Assembly (NCBI GenBank): GCA_009885805.1
Contig: VFJZ01000005.1
Span: 74,999 to 138,998, forward strand
Source of the DNA: Actinomycetota bacterium
GTDB taxonomy: Bacteria; Actinomycetota; Thermoleophilia; Gaiellales; F1-60-MAGs149
Direction of reading: 5' to 3'
Length of the DNA: 64,000 nucleotides
In this document: positions 38,965 to 49,706 of the stretch, piece by piece
How the letters are laid out: every line of letters begins with the position of its first letter
Numbering within the stretch: the first letter of the stretch is position 1
Program-made: the position numbers and the translations under genes
The notes under the pieces: generated by a model
Databases searched by the model: none
Seen by the model: the letters and a program-made list of their open reading frames with translations, nothing else
What the model was told of the DNA's origin: nothing

Positions 38965-39044
38965 CGCTGGCACGGTACCCGCGGGGAAGAACGGACGACG
39001 CTCCGACGTTATCCTTCGCACACCTGGTAACAGAAGGAAACTGG

Positions 39045-41353
<2,309 letters not shown>

Positions 41354-41357
<4 letters not shown>

Positions 41358-41716
41358 GCCTCGATCCGAACTGCGTCGGACGGGTCTGCGGCCGCTATCA
41401 CGCGGCCGCAGATCTCCTCTGCAAGCGTTGGTCGGTCAGCGTCGTCGCGGTGCTCATCTCGTCCGAAACGATCCGCTTCAACCAGCTGCGGGACGCCGTG
41501 CCTGGCATCTCGCCGAAACTGCTCGTCGAGCGCCTGCGCGAGCTGGAACGTGCAGGCGTCGTCGAACGCCGGATCACGGCGTCGCATCCGATACTGGTCG
41601 AGTACCGGCTGACGGAGAAGGGGCACGCCCTGCGTGAGATCGTCCACGCGATCCAGGTCTGGGCCGACAGATGGGGCCCGTCCGTGAGGGCAGAGGGCGA
41701 ACGGACGCGCCGGTGA
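41354..41716 (+). CDS. HxlR-family winged-helix regulator
   Basis: KRWS, RFNQL, GISPKLLVERLRELE, VEYRLTEKG. Confidence 0.92.
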
Positions 41717-42475
41717 CTACATGGAGGCGATCGACTCGACGACCCGGGTCGGCGCGGCGCCGGTCCAGGCTCTGAGTTCGGCCTCGCCCGTCGAGCCGGT
41801 GAGGACGAGCACCGTCTCGATGCCCACCGCGGCGGCGCCGGCAATGTCCGCGTCGAGCCGATCGCCGACCATCACGTAGCGGCCGGCTCCGAGGCGTCGC
41901 CGGGCCTCCTCGAACATCGCCGACTCGGGCTTGCCAGCGCACCGCGCAACCGCGCCGGATCCATACTCGACGGCCGCGATCAGCGTCCCAGCGCCGGGCG
42001 ACGGTCCGTCGGCCGCCGGGAACGTCGCGTCGCGGCTCGATCCGTACAGGACCGCGCCGCCGATGACGGCTCTGATCGACAGCTCCAGTTCGCGGTAGCC
42101 GAAGGAGGGGTCGCCGCCGAGCGACACGACATTGGCCGCGGCACCGTCCTCGACGAGCTCGAGGCCGGCGGATCGGTGAGCGGCCGACCACGCCGGCGAG
42201 CCGAGCGCGAGGACCCGCGCGCCCTGCTGCTCGACCGCGATCAGGCTAGCCGTGGCGTCGGCGCAGGTCACGATCTCCCGCTCGGCCGCGGCGATCCCGA
42301 TCGAGCCGAGGCGGATGACGAAGTCGGCGGCGGACCGGACCGGATCGTTGCTGACGAACGCGAGGCGGACACCTGCGGCGCGGAGGCGGCCGATCGCCTC
42401 GGCAGCCCCGGGCACCACCCGTTCGCCGACGTAGACGGTGCCGTCGAGGTCGAGCAGGACGCGGTCGTACGTCAC
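41717..42475 (-). CDS. HAD-IIA hydrolase (NagD-like)
   Basis: DLDGTV, GKP, MVGDRLDADI, VLTG. Confidence 0.92.
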   Translation of the reverse strand: MTYDRVLLDLDGTVYVGERVVPGAAEAIGRLRAAGVRLAFVSNDPVRSAADFVIRLGSIGIAAAEREIVTCADATASLIAVEQQGARVLALGSPAWSAAHRSAGLELVEDGAAANVVSLGGDPSFGYRELELSIRAVIGGAVLYGSSRDATFPAADGPSPGAGTLIAAVEYGSGAVARCAGKPESAMFEEARRRLGAGRYVMVGDRLDADIAGAAAVGIETVLVLTGSTGEAELRAWTGAAPTRVVESIASM

Positions 42476-45096
42476 TCGGTGTCTGGGGCGGGCGGCGGCG
42501 CGGCGGCGCCAGGGCGGCGGCGACGCCGGCGGCGCTTGCGCTTCCGTGCCGCTGCGTCAACGAGGCTCTCCGCCGCGTCCGGCTCCGCGCCGTCGGCGTC
42601 GGGCGGCGACTCGCCGACGACGGGCGCCGGCTGAGCCTTCTTGGAGGCCGGTCGACGCTGCTGTGGTCGCGGGCGAGGACCACGCGGCAGGGGGATGTTC
42701 GCGGCGAGCGCGGCAGCGAGCGCGGCCGCGTCGACCGACAGACGCTGCGTGGCCTCCTCGAGGATGCGACTCGCGCCCGGGTCGGTCGTGTGGACGACGG
42801 CGAGGAGCGCCGTGCCGAGGTCGAGCGGGCTCGTCAGGGCGGTCGCCGCAACCCCGTGCGCAGCCTTCAGGAGATCGTCGCCCGACTTGCCGGCGAGGGC
42901 GCGGGCGAGCTCGCGGCCGGCCTCGTGTCCGACCACGAGACGCCGGAACTGTGCCTCCCGAGATGCCTTCGCCAGGCGCCAGGCCCACGCCACCATCTGG
43001 TGCTCGGAGGCCTCGACTCGCCGGTCGCCGAGCGCGAGCAGCAGCGTGCGCGCGCCCGGCGCCCGGTCGAGCCGCCAGGTCGGCGCTGCCTCGACCAGCT
43101 GCACCGCGCGTTGGAAGACGTTCGAGCTGGGACGGTTCTGGGCGAGGTCGCCGAGCGCAACGAGCCGCAGCTGCCGATGCTTGTTCTCGGCCGCACAGGT
43201 GGCGAAGAACAGCATCCGCGGGCCCTCGGAGATCGACGCGAGCACTCGCGCCAGCCGCTGCAGGTCCTTCTGTCCGACGCGACGGCCGGCGTTCTCGGCC
43301 CACATCCCCTGCTCGTCCGGTGGCAGGCGCTCGATCGCGATCTGCTTCCAGTCGCGGAGGATGATCTCGCTCCGGCGGACCGGGTCGGCGGTCACCGGGA
43401 CGAGCCAGCCGGCCTCGCGGACAAGCGGCTTGGCGAGGCGACGCCACCGCTGTCGCCGCCGTGGCGACCGTGGCGTGACGAGCGCGCCGGGATGGTACGT
43501 GTCGACGCCGAGCAGCGAATGGACGGTGACGGTGCGGTCGGAGTGCGGCGCCGTCGCCTCCGCGAAGTCGACGACGACACCGGCTTCCTTGCGTCGGTGG
43601 AGGCGCATGATCCGGCCGATGCGCTGCTGGTAGACCCGCTTGCTCGCGGTCGGCGCCAGATGCATGCAGACCGTTGCGCGCGGCGCGTTCCAACCCTCGG
43701 CGAGGAGCTGCGCGTTGACGAGGACGTTGATCTCGCCGCGCTCGTAGGCGGCGAGCGTCGTCGCCAGCTCACGCGGCGGCGTCCGACCGGAGACGGCGGC
43801 AGCCTTCAGCCCGACCGCCCGCATCGCGGCCGCGACCCGGACTGCGTGGTCGACGCCGGCGGAGTAGACGATTCCCGGCCTGGCACCGAACATGTCCGAG
43901 TAGTACATGGCGGCCGCCATGTTGAGGGCGTCGTGATCGAGCGCCTGGGCGAGTTCCTGCTGGTCGTAGTCGCCGCCCACGATCTTCACGCGCTTCAGGG
44001 AGGCCCCCGGGCGGACGCGGATCGAGCGGAGCGGGGCGACGACCCCGGAGCGGACGGCATCGGCGAGCGGGAAGTCGGCCACCTCGGCCGGGAACACGTC
44101 ACCGACGTGCTTCTGCAGCAGTTGGTCGGTCGCCGTCATGCCGATGTAGGTGGGCGTGTCGAACGAGCGGATCGCCGCCGCCGTCTTGTCGCCGAGCGCG
44201 GTGTGCGCCTCGTCGCACAGCACGACCCCGTAGACGTCGCGGTTGATCTCGCCGACGTTGCGGATGAACCACGCGTACGTCTGCACCGTCACCGGCGGGC
44301 GCAGCGGCCCGCGCTGGCGCCCGAGGACGGCGTCGTGGAGACGCTCGCCGTAGCCCTGGTCGACGAGGTCGCGACGGAACTGGTCGACGAGCAGGCGGCG
44401 GTGGGTGAGGATCAGGACGCCCGTGATGCTGGCGGCATCGACGAAACCCGCGGCGGCGATCGTCTTGCCCGAGGCGGTCGGATGCTTGAAGCGGTAGCGA
44501 CGCGCAGCGCCCGGGTCGTGGAGCGGCTCGGTCGGTTCCTCATCATCGTCGCCATCGTCCTCGTCGGCGACGGTGTCGACGTCGTCCTCGTCGTCCTCGT
44601 CGACCTCGAAGTCGACCGTGATCGTCACGTCGTCGGCCGGCGTCAGAGCATCGTCGGCCAGTGGCGGCGGCACCTCGTGATCGTCGTCGTCGTCGCCGCC
44701 GTTGCCATTGGCGTCCCCGCTGCCATCGGCGTCCTCCCAGTTGCGCTGCGCATCGCCGAGCAGCGCCGCGAGCATCCCGGCCAGCGCGTCGCACTGGTGC
44801 TCGCGCAACTCGAGGCCGTTCGCGAGCCGCGGGCGCGCGTCGGCGAGGATCCGCTGCAGCCCAAGCAGGAGCGCGAACCGACGTCGCCACTCGACCGAAG
44901 GCGAGGCGAGTCCGGCCGCGATCTCGGCTCGGGCCTCGTCGTAGGCAGCCCTGAACGCCGTTCCCGCGGCGAGCGCCTCGTCGAGGTCGTCGCCCTGCGT
45001 GACCAGGCTTTCACCCGCCCATTGTTCGACCTGTTCGAGCTCGGCCGGCGTCATGCCCGGAACCTCGTTGACCACCGCGGAGTCCGAATCCGGCAA
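42472..45096 (-). CDS. SF2 DEAH-type helicase with acidic insertion (start uncertain)
   Basis: LREHQ, PTASGKT, DEAH, TAT, LAEGWN, QRIGRIMR. Confidence 0.88.
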   Translation of the reverse strand: MPDSDSAVVNEVPGMTPAELEQVEQWAGESLVTQGDDLDEALAAGTAFRAAYDEARAEIAAGLASPSVEWRRRFALLLGLQRILADARPRLANGLELREHQCDALAGMLAALLGDAQRNWEDADGSGDANGNGGDDDDDHEVPPPLADDALTPADDVTITVDFEVDEDDEDDVDTVADEDDGDDDEEPTEPLHDPGAARRYRFKHPTASGKTIAAAGFVDAASITGVLILTHRRLLVDQFRRDLVDQGYGERLHDAVLGRQRGPLRPPVTVQTYAWFIRNVGEINRDVYGVVLCDEAHTALGDKTAAAIRSFDTPTYIGMTATDQLLQKHVGDVFPAEVADFPLADAVRSGVVAPLRSIRVRPGASLKRVKIVGGDYDQQELAQALDHDALNMAAAMYYSDMFGARPGIVYSAGVDHAVRVAAAMRAVGLKAAAVSGRTPPRELATTLAAYERGEINVLVNAQLLAEGWNAPRATVCMHLAPTASKRVYQQRIGRIMRLHRRKEAGVVVDFAEATAPHSDRTVTVHSLLGVDTYHPGALVTPRSPRRRQRWRRLAKPLVREAGWLVPVTADPVRRSEIILRDWKQIAIERLPPDEQGMWAENAGRRVGQKDLQRLARVLASISEGPRMLFFATCAAENKHRQLRLVALGDLAQNRPSSNVFQRAVQLVEAAPTWRLDRAPGARTLLLALGDRRVEASEHQMVAWAWRLAKASREAQFRRLVVGHEAGRELARALAGKSGDDLLKAAHGVAATALTSPLDLGTALLAVVHTTDPGASRILEEATQRLSVDAAALAAALAANIPLPRGPRPRPQQRRPASKKAQPAPVVGESPPDADGAEPDAAESLVDAAARKRKRRRRRRRPGAAAPPPAPDTE

Positions 45097-45227
45097 CCGC
45101 GCTCCTCGGGACGGCCATACGCCGTCGCGCCCTCCGCAGGGCAGGCATATGGCGCTTCGATTGCGCTCGCGACGAGCTTCCGATCCGGAAACCCATCAGC
45201 GCCGGTGGGACCGGCACAGACCGAACC

Positions 45228-45971
45228 TTAGCAGTCGTCGCGGGATGCAGTGGCGATGGTCGCGATCGCCTCATCCGGGTCGTCCGTCAGCGTGATCAGC
45301 GCGAGATCCGACTCCGCAATCCGGCCGTCCGCCAGCGCGTCCTCCCGCAGCCACTCGATCAGGCCGCGCCAGGTCGAGCCGCCCATCAGCACGAGCGGGA
45401 AGCGGCCGATCTTTCCGGTCTGGATCAGGGTCAGCGCCTCGAACAACTCATCGAGAGTGCCGAATCCGCCCGGCAGCACGACAAAGCCCTCGGCGTACTT
45501 GACGAACATCGTCTTACGGACGAAGAAGTAGCGGAAGTCGATCGAGACGTCGAGGTACGGATTCGGCGCCTGCTCGTGCGGCAGTTCGATGTTGCAGCCG
45601 ACCGAGAGGCCGCCGGCGTCGCGGGCGCCGCGGTTCGCCGCCTCCATCAGCCCCGGCCCGCCGCCGGTGATCACGGTCAGTCCGGCGCGGGCCGCCGAGC
45701 GGCCGACCTCTCTCGCCAGGCTGTAGAGCGGGTCGTCTTCACCGAGGCGGGCGCTGCCGAACACCGACACCGCGCGGCCACAACGTGACAGGGCGTCGAA
45801 GCCGTCGACGAACTCGCCGAGGATCCGCAGGGCACGCCAGGGGTCGGTGTGCACGAACGACGGGTCGATCGTCGAGCGCAGGAGTCCCTGGTCGGCAATG
45901 CCGACGACGTCGCGCGCGTGATCGCCCGTGACGCGGACGCGCCCTGCTCGGAAATTGCGGTCTGAATCCAT
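45228..45971 (-). CDS. LOG family nucleotide-binding protein
   Basis: FGSAR, TGGGPGLMEAAN, YFFVRK, PGGFGTLDE. Confidence 0.92.
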   Translation of the reverse strand: MDSDRNFRAGRVRVTGDHARDVVGIADQGLLRSTIDPSFVHTDPWRALRILGEFVDGFDALSRCGRAVSVFGSARLGEDDPLYSLAREVGRSAARAGLTVITGGGPGLMEAANRGARDAGGLSVGCNIELPHEQAPNPYLDVSIDFRYFFVRKTMFVKYAEGFVVLPGGFGTLDELFEALTLIQTGKIGRFPLVLMGGSTWRGLIEWLREDALADGRIAESDLALITLTDDPDEAIATIATASRDDC

Positions 45972-45993
45972 GGTTGGGTGCTAGCCTCTCGCC

Positions 45994-47061
45994 ATGGAGT
46001 TCGCCTTTCACGGCGCCGTCCCTCCGGCGCTCCAGGCCTTTCGCGAAGGGCTCGAAGCGGCCCTGGTTCGGCGCGGCTACACGTACCTCGCGGCGCCCGA
46101 CGACGCCACGCTGGTCTGCAACTTCGTCGACGCGGCGCGGCCGCGACCGTATCGCCGGACGAACAAGTGGACGTTTGTCGCCTCGTTCTGGCACGCGGCA
46201 GCACCGCCGGACGACTTCGTCCGCATCGGCTATCCGGTCCTCCTGAAGGCGCTGTCGAACCTCTCCGTCTGCGTCGTGCCGGAGCTGATGGCGCGCTTCC
46301 TGACCCTGGAGCAGGGCAACTACGAAGTGCACGTGGACGCCGATCCAGCCACGTACTTCGACCGCATCGTCGATCGGCTCGCTCCGCTCGCCGAGTCGAA
46401 CCTCGTGATCGAGAACATCTGGACACCCGACCTCGAGCCCGAACTGTGGGACGGCGACGAGATCTCCGCGACGCTGACCGCGGCGGGCGAGCGGCTCGAG
46501 GAGCTTCACCTCCACCCCGCCCCGTGGCCGATCGAGGACATCCTCTCGCCGCGCGATCTGGCGCACGTGAAGCGGCTCTACTCGATCGGCGGCCTCTCGT
46601 ACGGCAACCTCTCCGCCCGCAAGGACGACACCCGGTTCTGGATGAGCGCGTCGGGCGTCGACAAGTCGAATCTCCGCGAGATCGGCCGCGACATCCTGCT
46701 CGTCACCGGCTACGTCCCGGAGCAGCGGGCGATGGTGCTCTCGGTCCCGCCCGGCATCGAACCACGGCGCGTGTCCGTCGATGCGATCGAGCACTGGAAG
46801 ATCTACCAGGAGCACCCTTCGGTGGGCGCGATCATGCACATCCACGCGTGGGTCGACGGCATCGAGGCGACGGAGTTCAACTTCCCCTGCGGCACGGCCG
46901 AGTTGGCCGACGCGGTCGCCGAGATCATCCGCCGGGCGCCCGACCCGGCGCGCGCGATCGTCGGGCTGAAGAACCACGGCCTGACGATCACCGGCCCGAG
47001 CCTTGGCGAGATCTTCGAGCGCGTCGGTCCGCACATCCAGCGCCAGGTGCCGATGAGTTGA
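45994..47061 (+). CDS. Class II aldolase/adducin domain protein with N-terminal extension
   Basis: YGNLSAR, SASGVDK, VSVDAIEH, MHIH, KNHG. Confidence 0.82.
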   Translation: MEFAFHGAVPPALQAFREGLEAALVRRGYTYLAAPDDATLVCNFVDAARPRPYRRTNKWTFVASFWHAAAPPDDFVRIGYPVLLKALSNLSVCVVPELMARFLTLEQGNYEVHVDADPATYFDRIVDRLAPLAESNLVIENIWTPDLEPELWDGDEISATLTAAGERLEELHLHPAPWPIEDILSPRDLAHVKRLYSIGGLSYGNLSARKDDTRFWMSASGVDKSNLREIGRDILLVTGYVPEQRAMVLSVPPGIEPRRVSVDAIEHWKIYQEHPSVGAIMHIHAWVDGIEATEFNFPCGTAELADAVAEIIRRAPDPARAIVGLKNHGLTITGPSLGEIFERVGPHIQRQVPMS

Positions 47062-47071
47062 CGCCGACGGG

Positions 47072-49615
47072 CTACTCGTACTGGAGGGCCTGGAGCACGT
47101 CCAGCCGCGCCGCGCGGCGCGCGGGGAGGATCGCCGCCAGCACGCCGCAGACGACGGCGGCGAGCAGGTAGATGACGATCTGCGCGACGGGTAGGACGAA
47201 CCCGAGCCCGTCGACCGCGCGCGTCGCGAGGAAGCCGAAGACCATCCCGACGGCGACGCCGATGACCGCGCCGATGACCGCTGTGATGACGCTCTCGTAG
47301 CGCACGATCCAGCGCAGCTGCCGTCGCGTCGCGCCAACTGCGCGGAGCAGACCGATCTCACGCGTCCGCTCGTAGATCGACAGGACAAGGGTGTTCACGA
47401 GGCCGAGCAGTGAGATCACCACGCTGAAAGCGAGTAGCGCGTAGAGCAGTGCCAGGAACTGGTCGAGCTGGCGCTCGAAGCGCTGGAGGGCTGCGCGGTT
47501 CGACTCCGCCCGGACCTGCGGGAACGCAGTCTCGAGCGCGTCCACCACCGCCTGATCCGTCGCCTTGCGATCGACGCCCTCGCCAAACCGGACGAACGCG
47601 ATCCCGATCTCCGGCTTCTCGCCGAGTGAGTCGTACGCGTCCCGCGAGACGATGAACGTCTTGAAGATGGTCGGGGCGGAGTAGACACCACGAACGGTGA
47701 ACGTCGCCGAACGTCCCGATTCGGTGGCGACGGCAAACGTCGAGCCGACCGTCAGCGATCGCCCCTTCGCCCACTCCCTCTCGACGAGCGCGCCGTCGGC
47801 GCCCAGTTGCGTCACGAGGCTGTCGTCGCCGTTGACCCAGTCCATGCGATACGACTTCGTCAGCTCCGGCCCGGTCGCGGCGAGGGTGTCGTCGCGGCCG
47901 TCGATTCGCACCGCGAGCGTCTCGACCGCCACGACGGCGGACACACCCTCGACGCCCGCGACCGTCCCGATGACATCGGGCGGCATCACGTCGAACGACT
48001 TCGACTGGACGAGCATGTCCGACAGCAACGACGTCGAGAGCGTGCTGCGGAGCTGCTCCTTGAAGCCGGTCGTGAAGATCGCCGCCCACGTGATGAGCGC
48101 AACGGAGATCATCAGCGCCGCTGCCGTCACCGCCGTCCGGCCGGGGTTGCGGACGGTGTTCTCCGTCGCAATTCGCCCGGGCAGACCCGCCGCGCGAAGC
48201 GACCGACCGATGAGCCGCGCGAGTGGTGGGACGAGCCAGCGAGAACCCATTGCGACGCCGACCATCGTCAGCAGGACGCCAGCTCCCATCGCCGCGAGCG
48301 CCTGCCGGGGAGTACCGTCCGTGAAGAAGCCGATCGACGCCACGCCAAGGCCGAGCAGCACCATGACGGGTGCCAGCCAGGGCACGAACCGACCGCCGCG
48401 GGCCGGTGGCGGCGCGGTGCCCTCGCGGACGGCGGCGATCGGCGGGACGCGAGTCGCACGCAGGCCGGGTGCGAGGGCGGCGGCCAGCGTCACACCGACG
48501 CCGACAAGGAGGCAGATCGCGACGGTCCGCGGCGCGATCGCGAGATCGGCGCCCGGCAGACCGAACCCGAGGGCATCGAAGGCGACCAGGAGTAGGCTCG
48601 CAAAGCCGAGGCCGGCGACGATGCCGACCACCGTCGCGACGAGCGATACGACGATCGCCTCCCCGAGAACGCTCGCGAGGATCTGTCGGCGCGTCGCGCC
48701 GAGCGTCCGCAGCATCGCAAGCTCGCGGACGCGGTGGCCAATCGTCATCGAGAAGGCGTTGAAGATGATGAAGGCCGAGACGAAGATCGCGACGCCCGCG
48801 AAGGCGAGGAGGGCGGGACGGAGGAAGCCGTTGATCGAGTCGGAGATGCGCCTGGCCTCGGCGACGGCACGCTCACGGCCGGTCTCGACCGTGAGGTCGG
48901 CGGGCAGGGCCGCGGTGAGCCGTCGCCGCAACTCCTCGACCGAGACACCCTCGTCCGCGGCGACGTCGATCTCGTGGACCAGCCCCCGGCTGCGGAACCA
49001 CCGCTGCACGTCGTTGATGTCGGCCAGCACGACGGTCGCCCCGCCGAAGTCAACAGCTGACGTGAAGATGCCGACGATCGTCACCGGCTGTGCCCGCTGG
49101 TCGGTCGCCATCAAGGCGGTGTCGCCGACGCGGAGGTCACCGCGATCGGCGACCGACTTGAGGATCGCGACCTCACCCGGCGCCTCGACCTGCCTCCCCT
49201 CGATGTAGGTGCCGGTGTCGAACGGCGCGCCGGTCGAGTTGAAGACGAGCGGCGGCGCTCCGCCCGTCGGACCGAGGAACTTCGACTCGCCATCTCGCTC
49301 GATGACGAGGCCGCCGAAGCCCTGGATGAGTGGCTGCGCGACGGCGACACCGTCCACGGCAATGACGTCGATCAGCACCGACTGGTCGAACGGGACGATG
49401 TCAGCGTTGTCGTCCGTCGCGAACGCGGCTGCTTTCGTCACGACGATATCGGTCGTGGCGCGCGTCTCGACGAAGATGTTCTCGAACGCCGTCCCGATCT
49501 GGTCGGTCAGCGCGAAGGTGCCGGAGATCATCGCGACGCCGAGGACGATCGCGAGGGTTGTCAGGGTGCTGCGCAGCTTCCGCGCGAGCATTCCCCGCAG
49601 CGTCACGCGCCGCAC
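47072..49615 (-). CDS. MacB/FtsX-type ABC permease (paralog 2)
   Basis: Two FtsX domains, RELAMLRTLGAT and ERTREIGLLRAVG. Confidence 0.92.
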   Translation of the reverse strand: MRRVTLRGMLARKLRSTLTTLAIVLGVAMISGTFALTDQIGTAFENIFVETRATTDIVVTKAAAFATDDNADIVPFDQSVLIDVIAVDGVAVAQPLIQGFGGLVIERDGESKFLGPTGGAPPLVFNSTGAPFDTGTYIEGRQVEAPGEVAILKSVADRGDLRVGDTALMATDQRAQPVTIVGIFTSAVDFGGATVVLADINDVQRWFRSRGLVHEIDVAADEGVSVEELRRRLTAALPADLTVETGRERAVAEARRISDSINGFLRPALLAFAGVAIFVSAFIIFNAFSMTIGHRVRELAMLRTLGATRRQILASVLGEAIVVSLVATVVGIVAGLGFASLLLVAFDALGFGLPGADLAIAPRTVAICLLVGVGVTLAAALAPGLRATRVPPIAAVREGTAPPPARGGRFVPWLAPVMVLLGLGVASIGFFTDGTPRQALAAMGAGVLLTMVGVAMGSRWLVPPLARLIGRSLRAAGLPGRIATENTVRNPGRTAVTAAALMISVALITWAAIFTTGFKEQLRSTLSTSLLSDMLVQSKSFDVMPPDVIGTVAGVEGVSAVVAVETLAVRIDGRDDTLAATGPELTKSYRMDWVNGDDSLVTQLGADGALVEREWAKGRSLTVGSTFAVATESGRSATFTVRGVYSAPTIFKTFIVSRDAYDSLGEKPEIGIAFVRFGEGVDRKATDQAVVDALETAFPQVRAESNRAALQRFERQLDQFLALLYALLAFSVVISLLGLVNTLVLSIYERTREIGLLRAVGATRRQLRWIVRYESVITAVIGAVIGVAVGMVFGFLATRAVDGLGFVLPVAQIVIYLLAAVVCGVLAAILPARRAARLDVLQALQYE

Positions 49616-49706
49616 TGCTACTCGAGCCCCATGACGACGTCCCGGATCTGATCGGCGATGGCGGCCGAAGGAGGCATGGAATGAGCTTACAGCGGCCCCG
49701 CCGCCG

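Noticed and set aside
44530..44730. TCG/TCC-rich tandem repeats as an array
   Set aside because: They are Asp/Glu codons of the helicase's acidic insert, not a repeat-spacer structure.
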